Shown: positions 1-15,968 of the stretch, one piece after another
Position numbering within the stretch: the first letter of the stretch is position 1
Layout of the letters: every line of letters begins with the position of its first letter
From: the human T2T-CHM13v2.0 reference genome, Homo sapiens
Reading direction: 5' to 3' (one strand)
Assembly: GCF_009914755.1 (NCBI RefSeq)
Contig: NC_060925.1
Length of the DNA stretch: 64,000 bases
The notes under the pieces: generated by a model
What the model saw: the letters and a program-made list of their open reading frames with translations, nothing else
What the model was told of the DNA's origin: nothing
Databases searched by the model: none
Made by a program: the position numbers and the translations under genes

Positions 1-3
1 GAC
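1..3 (-). CDS. MPC2: First 3 nt of the next MPC2 coding exon (runs off the window)
   Basis: Minus strand reads ttttcttttctttttttttttcag|GTC: a strong acceptor. G from the previous exon + GT = Gly, then C, continuing ...HPAG-P(RTVFF) of MPC2. Confidence 0.85.
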
Positions 4-187
4 CTGAAAAAAAAAAGAAAAGAAAAATTCAGGAATAAACCAAATATATTATACACGTCTTTTAACAGCTGTCACCAAATTTTAAAAACCAAAGGATTTA
101 TCAACCTATTTTTAACCACTTTTACTATGCTTTTTGCATACTTTGTATTTCAGTTAACATTTAGAGAGGCACCACAGTATCACAGTA

Positions 188-260
188 CAGTTGACCCTTG
201 AATAACACAGGTTTGAACTGATAGGTTCAACTGTATGCAAATTTTTTTCAGTAAATATAC
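188..260 (+). mobile_element. Tigger2/MER8-like DNA transposon end fragment
   Basis: ta-cagttgacccttgaataacacaggtttgaactg matches the recalled Tigger2-family terminal sequence after a TA target. Confidence 0.65.
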
Positions 261-863
261 TGCCATATAAAAATATTTTAGGGAACCTTGATTCTAATGT
301 ACTTTCATACTAGTTTTACACTCAAGTAACACTCTCATCCCAAATGAAAATGAACCCAGTGATAACACCCCATTTTTGTGCATTTTGGCTGAATTACTAT
401 AACAAATAGTTGGGTAATCTTAACATTAAGCAGCAAAATTTGAAAAATGTAAAAATGGCAGTTGCTTCCCTCCAATTTTTGCTTAGTATGCAGGTTTTGA
501 AAAGTATCACCAGATAGTGCAAACTACTTGCCTTTAGCCTTAAGTGATGGTAATGCTACACATTCTGTCTTCCACAATTTAACATAGTCCTTGATATTTT
601 TGTCCCTCTCGAATTCACAGTATTCTTACAGCAAAATTCATTAATTCAATGTCATTTTAAAATCTACCACAGTACATTTTACATATTTTACTCCAGTTAT
701 TTGTAAATCTATGTACCTATCAAGATTATGACTTTCTCGAAGCTAGTGGCTCAATACTATTCATACTTGTACCCCTATTACCTAATAGAATGTAGAATAA
801 TAAATAAAAAGGAAAGTTAGCCAGTAGAGTTGGAAGCAGTTTATACTAACATTTATTACCCTA

Positions 864-1312
<449 letters not shown>

Positions 1313-2010
1313 ACAAATAACTTTTAAAGTACTTTAAAATCATAAGTTGTTTTTATCAGCCTGATACTTAAATATTGATAAGTCTGTCTTATGCTTTTAA
1401 TAGTTTTAAAATATGTTTGCTGATTTTCTAATTTAATCCTAAAGTCCTACAGCAATCTAAGTTTCATTTTCTCATTCTTCAGAGAAGCTGGGTATCATTA
1501 GAATAATTCTTCAAACACTAGAAAGAAGATCACGGCACAAACCCTGTGGTTCCTTGTGGGACTACTCAGCCCATTATAATGTTAAACTTTATTTTCTCAC
1601 ATACATCTGGTATCTAACCATTTTTACATTTTCTTGTGTACGTTCGAATTTTCCGTATTTTAAGTTGTAGAATAAATCTAAAAACAGTGCTGAAACAGCT
1701 GGTGAGAGAATTTAAACTATCAAGGAGTTCTAAATTTTGATGTTCTTACAACTGAGTGAAAAACCTATCTATATTCAGTTTCTGTTATCCAGTTCTCTAA
1801 GCAGTATTGTTCTGGGCACAGCCACCACACACATAGAACTCTAGCCACATCTTTTTCTCTCTACAAGATAGAAAATAATTTAGTTTCTTCTTTGGTTAAG
1901 GTTGGAATTGAAGACATTTTTACGAAGGGAAAAAGGGGAATATAAAAGAAAACATGAAGCCACTGAGTTTCAGAATATATAATCCTAATTTAACTAAATA
2001 TTAGCCAAGT

Positions 2011-2203
2011 CAGCGGTTCTCAACCAGGAGTGTCCCCCCAGGGGCATTTTTAGTTGCCCCAACTGTGGTGCCCCAACTGCTGCAGATGCTGCTGCTGCTG
2101 CCGCTGCTGCTGCCGTCTAGTGGGTAGAGGCCTGGGATGCTGTTAAACATCCTCCAATGCGCAGGACAGCCGCTCCCAGAAAGTAGAGGGTTAAGAAATC
2201 CTG
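2011..2203 (+). mobile_element. MER20 (hAT-Charlie) containing a CTG-rich tract
   Basis: cagcggttctcaacc...tctagtgggtagaggcctgggatgctgttaaacatcct...gttaagaaatcctg matches recalled MER20. Confidence 0.8.
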
Positions 2204-3532
2204 GCCTAGGGCGACTGATAAGCTAGGCAAACATTCAACTAGTTTCATGCTATTTTATGGCTCTTCAGTTCATGCTGTCCCTTCTCAATATCCTGCTTAG
2301 TCTTTACCTAACTCCTATCCATCAGAAACTCATCTCAGGTTGCATCTCCTCAAGGAAGCCTTAAAAAACAAACAAAAAAACTCCAGGTTAGGCTAAATTG
2401 CTCCTTCTCTTAACTACCAAAGCAGCCTGTATATTCTTCTATCATTTTCTGTTAAAATGATTATTTATGCATCTGTCACATTAACCCGAAGACAAGGTCC
2501 TTTTCTTAATCTTCCTTGACAAATAATAGGTATGTGCCAACAGAACTGAATTGGATCCACCATGTTCAGGATAGATGCTAATCAAAGATATTCAAACTTT
2601 CTGTCTGACCCAGATTTGCCTCGACACTGCTTCATCCTCAAGGCTGGAATTTGCTGTTTTCTCATCTCTAGGGACATCAGGTTCCCTTTATGCCAAGGAT
2701 ATATTAGATTTCACTCATTAGTTACTCTACTCTTAGACCACAGCTCTCTTCCCCTGAGTCTGATGCCATAATGCATTAATCCTATAAGTCAGTCTTCTCA
2801 AACTCTCTGGAAATTTAGGGTGAGATTCTGGGATTCCTATCATTACACCTGGTTCATTTTTCTTTGTCATACACAGTGTCTCTGGCTCATACACAGTATC
2901 AATTACTAAGTTTAGTTTTTATCCTCGCATGGAGTTTCGCTTCATCAATCAAGAGTCAGTCCATGTATTGTTTTAGTCTCTGGCTGAATGGGTGTTCATT
3001 TTTACTCTGAACTCTTCAGCAGACTTCTCTTGTTCTATTTGAAAGCTGAAGTTTCTGTCACCCCAAAATTGTTTTCTGAGTAAAGCCTCTAGATTCTGGT
3101 TTCAAGCTTAAATGGCTGACAGGCTTAAATGGTTGATCCTTTGGGGTTAATAGTCGATCTTTTCAGTAGGTTTGCCTGGTAACTAATTTACTAAACTGCC
3201 TAGAGCTAGGTAATAGTTTTACAATATTAACAACAGCCCTTCCCCACCAAACCAAACAACTGAAAAAACTTCAAACATCAAATTATGGTTGCTAGAACCT
3301 GGACCAAGAGAGGTATTTTAGTGAGTGAATAATTTTAAACTATGAAAACAAGCTCTAATTTTAGTTTAACAACTGCTATGTACTAAACAGAAAAATAGCA
3401 GTAGCCAATACATAAGGCCTTCTAAATTGCTAATTTTTCTGAGATACTAAAAGATGTGGACAAGTGACAAAAAAATCAGTTTAATATCTATAACTGCAAA
3501 CAGTGTTTTCTTAACTGTTAAAAAAAAAGGTC

Positions 3533-3836
<304 letters not shown>

Positions 3837-4433
3837 TTAACCCTTTCATTGTAGCTAATTAACATTCAATTAACATTTCTTAGCTTTTTTTTCCTGTAAG
3901 AGTAAATAATATGTCAAATAAAGCTAGACAGGTAAATTTAGACATATATAAAACAGATACAGAGGCTGTCTTCCAGAAAACAGCAATTGATCAACAGTGG
4001 ATATGGTAGCGAAAAAACATTCCAACTTACTTCAACATTTCTAAACATAAAGTTTTGACAAAACAAAGCATTTAGAAATAGGTATCACTCAAATAGTGAC
4101 AATACAATGTCACATGTGTCATTCTAGACCTGGAAAACACAGGCTTATGTTCTGTACAATGACACAGCTATTCTCATAGGAGAGCATAAAAATAGATAAT
4201 TATGACACGTGAAGTGATTATAATACCTTAATATTAGAATAAGCAGATGTATAAACTAACAGATACCTGGCTAACATCCATTATGATAAATGAAATAACT
4301 TGATTAGGTGGAAAATTTGAACTGCTGAAAATATACTGAAGAAAAATCTCCTCATAAGACATTAATTTATAGCCCAAGATGAAAGAAATTGTCCACATCA
4401 AACATACTATATATTCTTTTAGAAAAAGAATTA

Positions 4434-4859
<426 letters not shown>

Positions 4860-6392
4860 CTATGAACTATGTTCAAGAATGAAAAATACTGACTATAAGT
4901 TATTTTGTGTTTTATTGCCTTATTTTTAAAGTGAAACTCATGTTTTTAAATTCTAACTTTTCATAGAATTTGAGAAATTCTACAAGTGAATATCATAAGC
5001 AAATAATAACAGACATAAATTTTCAAATAAACAAATTTAGTTGCCTTGAACTTCAATGAACCTATTAATAAACTGACATAAACTTACTTCCTAATTTCCT
5101 TATTTGAGAGAAATTACTGTTAATAAAATATTATATGAATCCTACCCAGAAAGTAGGCCACCTATCGTATATATGATTCCCTCCCTAAGTAAAGACTAAC
5201 TTTTTGGAACAGAATAGGTAATTTTTACTCTCAAGCACATATACACACTTACAAATACTGGATTGAGGTATTCACTATATCCCTCTGTGAAAAATAAAGT
5301 TTCTTACTGAATGCTAAGAGGTCATAAAATCACTACATTTCCCTACCTCTTCCCATCCCTTTCATGCCACTCCTTTATGGTTTGTTACTTTTTAACACCC
5401 CTCTTAATTCCTTACATTACACAAGTTCACCTGTTTGCTATCATGTGACAAACTAGATACAAATCCTTAGAATATGTAAAGGTTAATCTTTGACATGGAT
5501 ACTGACGGCCAAAAAATCATTCATTTTTATTTGTGCCAAAGCTAGTTCTGATTTAACACTAAGAACATGACTAAGCTACCATTTTAGAGCCATATAATTT
5601 TAATATTTTCCACAATGCCTTGGAAATAGCTATCACTAAAATAGTACCCAAAACATCATGGGTAGATAATGTTTTTAAAAATGTTGACTGAAAATACACT
5701 TTGGTTTGAAATTCCAGAGTAAAGAACAGGTAAAGAGACTAAAATAGCTAAGATGCATTGTAGGGATGATACGTTTTAAATTTACTTATTTCTTCAGGTA
5801 CAAAGAATCAGTTACTTTTAGATTTAGAAAGACTGTTGAAATCATCTACTGTAGGCACTCATAAATCAGGCAAATGAGGCCCAGTAAACAAATTACTTGT
5901 TTAAAATAAATAATCCAACAAGGATAAAAAACTAGATCCCTAAATCCTAATCTAACAATAATTATATGACTTTCCCCAATGAAATCTGAGTTTCCTGAAG
6001 GTTCTGAATGTAAGAAAAGTCCTAAGAGAATACCAAATTATAGATTATTAGCTGGAAAAGACTTTAAGGAAAGTCCAAGCTCCCTCATTTTTATAAATGA
6101 AAAAGATGAGGCACTTACAAGTTAAGTAATTTGTCTTACACTCAGGAGAGTTCTGGATAGAGCAACGACTAGAACACAGTTTCTTTGATCCTAGTCCTCT
6201 TTCTACTGTACCATACAGCACTTTAAACATATTTCATTCTCTGTTATAAGCAAAATTAATATTTTTACATGACCTGGAAATGATAAACTATTTATAGCTT
6301 AGGGCTTTCTTCTCCTTTAGCACATCTGCATAAACAGTTCTAATTTCTTAAAGTTAGTTTAAAAGCAGGATAGCACACAAAAAATATGTTAA

Positions 6393-6776
<384 letters not shown>

Positions 6777-7992
6777 TGAGTGCCAGAACAGTGTCTAATA
6801 TACAATAGGCCCTCAATAAATATTGAATAATTCAACCTTCTTGGTAGCTGATTGTTTGAAGATATTCTATTTTTCACCAATATTTTACAATTGTATTTGA
6901 AATTCTAATCTTACATCTATTTTAGTTATCTCTTAACTTTAAATAAGTTATTACTTTAAAAAATAATATATGTATATTTAGTGTATTTAAACTTAATATA
7001 TTAAATATACACTTAAGAATATATATGGACATATATTAATATCTTAGACTGGCATTAAGATTCTTCACTGACAATCTGTGGCAACAAAATAAGTTCTAAC
7101 AGAGATGCTAAAGAACTGTGTAATTCAAACTATGTAGGTACGTACACTCATTATTTGATCCATATTAGATTTTATTTACATATAATAGAACAATATATAT
7201 TTGCACTAAGTTGTATTTAACCATCTATTGTAACATCAATTCTCTTAGCATTGAATATAAAATTTTTATGATACAGATATTTCCTTATAAACACTGATAA
7301 CATTGGTTCATTTAGTTTATTTTTATTTAAAAAGAAATATCCTCTAGGTCTTTAAAATTAAACAAGCTAATTATCTAGGAAAAATGCAAATATTATTCTT
7401 ATTTAGACTTTAAAGTAACTTTTCCCATGAGTCTTCAGAGGGAACCCATGTAATGTTAAGAATGATATTCTCAGCACCAGCACATTAAGCACTGCAACAA
7501 GTTTCACAGAACTATTTTTTCAAAAGCTCTTCCATGTAAGCCAAAATGTAATTCAGTAAAAGGAGAGCTATAATGCGTTAAAATGATATGGTTCAGATAG
7601 CTGTTTTTGGGACTAACTTCACCAAAGGATAGTTTTTAGACTCTTTAGAGCTGTGGTCTTCCAGCTCCTCTTGAACATATGCCCTATCAGTAAAAAACAA
7701 TTTGAGTATACATCCTGTTTATAAATCATTTATATATTTATAAATTATATAGAATTACTGCAATAATATATTTTTGTATTACAGAATGTATACACAATGA
7801 AAAATTTAAGTGGATGAAATAACAGTAAACGTTACTGGAAGTTCTATAATTTTCTTCCTACATTCCAGTGTTTCATTGTGTGCACCCCTTGGGATGACTT
7901 ACCCCATTTTGGAACTCACAAATACAAATAAATGACACTCCTCCACTGATAATTTTTTTGTTTTCCTTAACTAAGCTTTTAAGAAAACATTG

Positions 7993-8315
<323 letters not shown>

Positions 8316-8601
8316 TAACACTGGGCAACATAACTTCAAGATTATTTCTTTGACAAACACTGGAGTACAGCTATGCAACTGGCTAGGGTGGAGTCACATA
8401 TTTTTATAGTCAGGTGGGGGATAATGCGGGGACTGACATCCTTTTTTGTGAGTTGAGGAACTTGACCAGGACACACATTTGGCTAGAACTCTATTCCTTC
8501 TCTACAGTGGCAGATCATGACATGCCAGCAAAAACACATAGGCAAATGGATAATGAGAGCCTCAAAATTCTGGCTCACAGGTCAGAGATGCAATACTGTA
8601 A

Positions 8602-9035
<434 letters not shown>

Positions 9036-9334
9036 TAGCATTTCATATCATTTAATAAACTCCTTGTAGGTGAATCTAGAAAAATGTTTCAATGACAATT
9101 CAATAACAAATACTGTTAGGCAAAATAGTATGCAAAATCCTTGAATATTCACTCTGGATAAACTCTTAAGACAATAATCAGTGTTTCCTTAGATTTTATT
9201 CAATACTCATCAGTCAACGTATTTTTCAAGCTCCTCCATTTCTACACTGGTGTGCCTCCAACTTGTCGATCATAAATAATTCTGCTGTAATAGATATCCT
9301 TACTCTGTATGTTGCTCAAATTTTAGAACTGACA

Positions 9335-9540
9335 GTTATTGAGAGTCTAAGTGCAAACGCTGTGCTACATGTTTTAGAGACATTAGATCATCTGATTTTC
9401 ACAACAATCCTGAAATGATTACAATTACTCCCATTTTATAGATGAGATAACTAAGGCAGGAATTTAGGGTCAAGGTCACACAGCCAAGACTGAAACGTAG
9501 GTCTATTTCCCTTCAAAGCCTAGCTCCTTTTACTACACTG
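9335..9540 (-). mobile_element. MIR
   Basis: cccattttatagatgagataactaaggca...caaggtcacacagc MIR core. Confidence 0.7.
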
Positions 9541-11198
9541 AAAAAGGGGGTTAAAATAACTGAACGAATCCAAGGATTTTCAGGTGAAATGCACATCCTG
9601 CAAGTGAAAGGTAATCCCTCTTCATTCTGAAAGCTGAGTAGTATTTTAAGCAGTAATTACAGGTGGCTAAAAACTAAAGGCTTGGAAAGGATCAAGGTAA
9701 GACTACCCTCCAATTTTGTATTATTTTAAGTAGTTTAAAATTACTCTTACTCTGTCATGCCCTTATCCTACAGCTAAAACACAAAGCTTATGAAGGTCAG
9801 GGTTGACTTCACATTCAGTTGACTCTGTAAAGCCCAGATTATTACAAAAAGCATAGCTCAACCCTCCTTCCCGAAAATCTTTGCCACAAAACACAGCATA
9901 ATTCCAAAAAAATTGAATGTTAAAAGAACTAAAAGGCAAATAAACAAAAACTTTTTAAATCAGTAACAAACTGTCCTTAATGATCAGTTTTATAATGGGT
10001 TCAATGTTGCAGTAAATAATATTAAGGGTTAGAGTATAATCCAGATGTTCAATTCATTCCATTATCAAACTGGAAATCAGATTTAGTAACCAGTTCAGAC
10101 TCCAGAGAGCTGGTTCATAATCAGATAATGGGGGAACTAGACAACTTTCCTAATGATACCAACTACAGAATACAGATTTTAACTATGTAGGAGAATAAAA
10201 GCCACTTTTCGGGTAGCACTTCAGTCTTTCAATTTACAACACATTTTCTAGTTTGCCAAGTCTTAGGCTTGAAACAGACCTCAGAATATATCTGATGTTA
10301 GCCCCTAGCAAATAAGTATTATTACAACTCACTTTATAGAAGAGGTAACAGAATTCTAGATCTTTAATAAAGGGATTGGAATCTTTCAGTTTCTTACAGT
10401 TTTTTTTTTCAACCACAAGAACACAGTTTTCCAGTAGGCAAAGAGAGATGTAACGTTTACTGAGCATTTACAAAGAGTCAAGCACATATGTTATCTGTCA
10501 TTCTCATAGACCGCGTATTACACAAACAGAGATCTAGGCTTTTGCTCAAGGTCACAACTATAAGTGGTAGAAGAGAATGATATCCAGGTCTGTCCACACA
10601 AAAAGCTCTGGGTAGAGCTTGTTCAACAATTTCATAAATAAGGATAGACTTAAAAAAACACACTGGACCTATGGGATGAGAAATGACACTGACTCAAGCC
10701 TGGATGAAGTAAAGCATGCAGTTTGGGGGAGGGCTCAGTCTGCAGGCCTCTGCCAGCAGCAGCTGAAGAAAGTGACCTTTACTCCAAACCCTACAGTGCG
10801 ACAAACCACCCATCCAGCTCTGCCTAGAGTGGGTTAATATGCCACAATTCGAAAAGAGAAAGAGAATGAGTGTTTCATGGTGGCCCCAGACAGTTTGGTG
10901 GCCGCAGAAGTTGAGAAGGCTCAAATCTGGAGATCAGGTTTGGGTTGGAGTCGTGCGTAAGGGAGCGGATGTCACATAGGTGGGGAAGGGAGCTGACTTG
11001 AGATACGTTGGCTTAGGAAGAGATGTTGCAGGAGAGAGGGTGAAATGCACAGGCTAGGAGAGTAGACGGCTTCACTTGAAGGGAAGGGATTGGGGCTGTG
11101 GATGCCTCTAGAGGCAGTTGTCAGAGGGCCTCTAAAAGGTCCATTTTAGAGGAAGCGAGAAGGAAGGTCTCGATAAGGAGCCATTCAGGGTCCATTAC

Positions 11199-11307
11199 CT
11201 GCTGGATGGTTGTACAACGGCCTCAATTTCTCGGGCAGCATCAGCTCCACTTTATCGAGGAGCCGGTGGTAGGTGGCCCGCAGGCCTCGGGCACCGGCGG
11301 CCGACAT
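11199..11307 (-). CDS. MPC2: MPC2 first coding exon (mitochondrial pyruvate carrier 2 / BRP44)
   Basis: Translates MSAAGARGLRATYHRLLDKVELMLPEKLRPLYNHPA(G), the MPC2 N-terminus; 109 nt ending at donor CAG|GTAATG. Not in the ORF track. Confidence 0.98.
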
Positions 11308-11364
11308 CGCCGCCGAGGGATCGTTGGCAGCCGGGTGGGAGCGTGGCTGTGTTCTCGTCCCTGG
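11308..11364 (-). other. MPC2: MPC2 5'UTR part of the start-codon exon, with upstream acceptor
   Basis: Minus strand ctccccttcgttgtcag|CCAGGG; AG at 11366-11365, with a second AG 4 nt further in. Confidence 0.75.
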
Positions 11365-11499
11365 CTGACAACGAAGGGGAGCTAGTCACTTTTCCTGCCA
11401 CGACGACTCGCGTCCGCCTCTCGCCTGGAGTACCCTTCCCGCGGCTTTCCCTGCCCGCTGTGAACCGAAAAGCTGCGGCCCGCGCCCCGCGAAGGTTGA

Positions 11500-11670
11500 G
11501 GGGGCGGAGGCTGCCGACTGCCAGCCCCCGGTCCGCCTCCGGCCCCCGGCAGGAGAGAGGGAGGAGCCATGGCAACAGGTGCCAAAATAATCACCTCACC
11601 AAGTCTGCGCTGCGCCCTGCTGGCAGCGCGCTTGCGCAGGCCGAGCTGCCCGCCATGATTGGCCCGCCCC
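11500..11670. promoter_or_regulatory. MPC2-proximal motif cluster: GC boxes, NRF1-like site, CCAAT box
   Basis: ggggcggag ~11501; cgcgcttgcgca 11627-11638 (GCGCnnGCGC); attgg 11658-11662; gcccgcccc 11662-11670. Confidence 0.6.
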
Positions 11671-12025
11671 GAGGCGCGGGCGGGGTCGAGCGGAAACCTC
11701 CTCCTTCTCCCCATGCCCTCGAGGCCATGTTGGAGAAGGGAAAGTGAAGCTGCGCTGGTTCTACTGCCCTTTCACTTTGATTAAGCAGGCCCGTAGTTAA
11801 AATGGGTTTTTGGGCCTTCAGTGCCTAAAGATGATGCCGCACAATTCTCTTGCTTCTTTTCACTGGAGACTCGTGAGCGAGAGACTACAGAATTGAGTAG
11901 CTTCTCTCTCTACTCGTCTTTTATCCCTAGCGACTTAAGGATCTGGTTAGAGTGGCCCGAATGCATTCTTCCAGGGTGAGGGCAGCCGCAGCACACACCA
12001 GCCTCAGTCCCCAGGGTGGTCGTCA

Positions 12026-12035
12026 TCTCGCGAGA
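12026..12035. promoter_or_regulatory. TCTCGCGAGA palindrome (CGCG element; BANP motif)
   Basis: Exact 10-bp consensus palindrome between the two start codons. Confidence 0.8.
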
Positions 12036-12305
12036 AAGGGTTGGCGGGGAGGGTATCCAGGACGAGGAGAGGGAGGAGTCGCCATCGCCTCCGCCTCCGC
12101 CTCCTCCTGTTGGAGGGGGGCTGAGGGAGGAGACTGTTGCTGATCTTTGGATGTTCTGGTTAGTCTAAGAAGGAGAGTATGAGGCGAGCTCCGGCCCGGG
12201 TGCGGCCGGGCTTCAGGGGCCCAGGCGCCGCTGCTGCCACCGCCATCTAACGCTGCGCCCTGGAGGCCCGGCGCGCGGATGGTGCCGGTGCGGCTCGGGT
12301 GTTGA

Positions 12306-12540
<235 letters not shown>

Positions 12541-14946
12541 CGGGTCTGTTGGAGGTGGGACGGCGTCTCGGTGGGGGCGCCCGGAGACTCTGGGGTGTTG
12601 GGTGGGGCCTTGGTTGCCGAATTCCGTGCCGGTGCCTCCCCCAGTCAAGCCCCCTGTGCATGCTGCCAGCCGCCGCCCTTGCTGGGTTTTTCTCGGAGGG
12701 CCGGGCCGTGGGCAGAAGGTACTGGCTTGTAAAGGTGTTGGGGTCGCTGATGGGTTGGGACTCGGGAGACTTGCGGAACCTCCAGGAGCTGCCGCGTTTA
12801 GAGCAAAAGTTAGCTCTTTTGCTCTTTTCCAGCGCGCTTTCCCCGCTCAGCCGAAGAACCTAAGTTGTTGCCCACCCTCTCCTTCAATCTCCAGAGGGTT
12901 TAGGTGTCGGCTGCGACGCGTTGACCACCCTCAGGGACTTCACGCTCCAGACAGAATCCGTGTAAACTGTTTTTGCGGCGCTGAGCCAAAACCTAAAAGT
13001 GATAGCTGAGCTCTCCCCACCCCCGCGCGCTCTCCCAGTTCCACTCTGCTCTTCAGTTCGTTTTGACCGCTTAAAGGTGGTGTAGGGTTTCACGTTCCTC
13101 TTCCCACCCCTGGAAAACACACTTGGCATTTACAGTTTCGTAGTTAAGCTTTCTAAAAACAACCTTCAGTACTTGGGGGAACAGTATTCCACTTTTTTCG
13201 TTTTGCATAACATTTTTTTTTTGAGGATTCTAGGTCACGCCCGAGTCAACTAAAAAGTTTGGTTTCTTAAAAATGGACGTACTTAGTAAAGGTCTTTTTT
13301 GTTTCTTCCTGTATACTCTTCATTACTCTTTCTTTCTATTTGGAGATACGGCAAACAACATCATAAAATTTTTTTCTTTCCAGTTTTGCCACTTGCTAGT
13401 TAAAAAGTGTTTGTTGCTCTCATTTGTTTTTGATTTCAAGTAAAGAGAAGAAAATGAAATCTCATTACAACCAACAGTTCTGGTTTGTAAATTATTTAAG
13501 AAAAGTTAGCATGCAATTTTTTAATTCTTTTTAGTGTCTCAAGTAAAATACGAATACATTTTGTTTATAAAAACTCAATAAAAATGAAGCAAAAATCCCT
13601 TTGATCCCTCCCATTCAATTTCACTCCGCCACCCTTAGAAATAATATTTTCTGTTTTCTGAATATTCTTCCAGACCTTTTTGTTTGCATTCTTACAAGTA
13701 CATATGTACATGTACAAATGCTGGGGTGTGTGTGTGTTTGTGTGTGTATGAGAGAGACACCTGAGTGCATGGTGTCATATTGTAAACATTGTTTTCACTT
13801 CTCCACATTTTGGAGATCTTTCCATGGCAGTAAAAATAGATTGATTCTGTCTTTTAAATTATTACATAGTAGGTAACATTATGAAGTACCATAGGGTACT
13901 CAACCTTTCTTCTTTAAGTAGACGTTCGCCCTTACAGCATTTTAATGAACATCATTCTACAAGCTTCTGTGCATTTGTTGTAGGATAAGTACCTAGAGTG
14001 GTGATTAATCATTTTAAAATTGAACATAGCTGGAGTCTGGTTTTTAAAACTATTTACCAAAAAAAGTGTGCAGTATTTCTTTTAGAATTTATTTGCGGAG
14101 AAAGAACTTAATTTTAGCTTAATAAAACAAACGTTAACATTGTTTTGCATGGATACATTTATAATTTGGTCCTTTATCTCAGTTGGACAGTTTAAGTACT
14201 TGTATATAGTTCTATATTTTAGTGTTTTCTTTTGGTTCAGTTACTTCAGCTATATCTACAAACGAGTTAATTAAAATATAACAAAACCATATACCTGCTT
14301 TTCCCCCTCCTACTCCAACTCCCTAATGGAAATGGAATTTGTGTATTGGGTCTAGGGGAATTGAAGGGTTCACTGACTATATTAGAAAGCCTGAATTACA
14401 GTTTTTCAAATGTGTATGTATACATACAGGGAGTTCTTTATCTTAAATAATATTTTAGATATGATAATATATACTCTTAAAATAGGACATTTTTGGAATG
14501 ACTTCCTTTAAAAGTGGTTTTCTAAGTACTTGAAAATACTTTTTGAAAGTATCGAAACTTGAAAATGTTTGCAAAGAACTAATTTATTGGCCTTTACCCT
14601 TAGTAGACCTTTACACTGTTATTCAGCTCTTCTATACTACAGTGCTAATCCTGGCTTTGCATTCAGGAAGCAGCAAAATCCACATTGGTAATGTTTGAAT
14701 TAGTGATGGTTTTTTTTAAAAAATGACTTTCCCTCCCAGTTTTATTGGGGTATAATTGACAATTAAAAATTGTTATATTTAAGGTGTAGGACTTGATAAC
14801 TTCATATACAATCAAGTTAATTAACATATCCATCATGTCACATAATTACCATCTTTTTTTGTGTGTGGCGATAAAATGACTTTATCATTATTATTAATTT
14901 TATTTTTATTATTAGATAAAATGACTTTTTAAAGTACAGTACTCTT

Positions 14947-15287
<341 letters not shown>

Positions 15288-15859
15288 TCAAATTCCAAGT
15301 TAGGATTTTCCTAAGGAAATAGATTCCTTTTTTAAAAGACTTCAATATTTAAACATTACGATTGTCTATCTACAGGGTTGTAGATTTAAGTATTTTTCTG
15401 ATACATTTTCATTATTTGTATTTCTACAGATTTTTTAGCAGTGAATTACTGCTAAATAGTAAAATTGGGATAGAACAAATAGATAAATTTTTCTTGTAGC
15501 CTTTACATTTCCAGTTATTTCACCATAGCATGTGCCCTTTCAATGTTAATATTCAAGCTTTGTAATTGATTTTACTTAAACTGATTAATTATCTCCTTTC
15601 TTCCCATCAAAGAAAATTATACTTCAGAAAACTTCCTATTATGTTGTGGGAATGAAGATGAATAATTTCCCAGATGTTATTTATGATTAAAAGATATGTT
15701 TACTTAGAGCTCCCAAATCCACAAGATTCACCTGGGCCAACAGAGTGTTGTTTTAGACTAGCATGGATTTAGAGGATAGGCCAGGGATTTTAATCTTTGT
15801 GAGCCCTATCTAAATTTCAATGTAGGATTCTTTTTTTTGGTGGGAGGCGGGGGGCAGGG

Positions 15860-15968
15860 TGAGGCAGGGTTTTGCTCTGTCTCCCAGGCTGGTGTGCAGT
15901 GGCACCCTCATGGCTCACTGCAGCCTCCACGTCCTGGGCTCAAGGCCATCCTCCCACCTCAGCCTCCT
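15860..15968 (-). mobile_element. Partial old Alu (AluJ/monomer)
   Basis: ctcactgcagcctccacgtcctgggctcaag; single-arm fragment. Confidence 0.75.

Noticed and set aside
6965-7040. Imperfect AT-rich inverted repeats
   Set aside because: Low complexity; expected by chance at this AT content.
11884-11895. gactacagaatt as a ZNF143-associated motif
   Set aside because: Only the ACTACA half matches; the TCCC part is missing.
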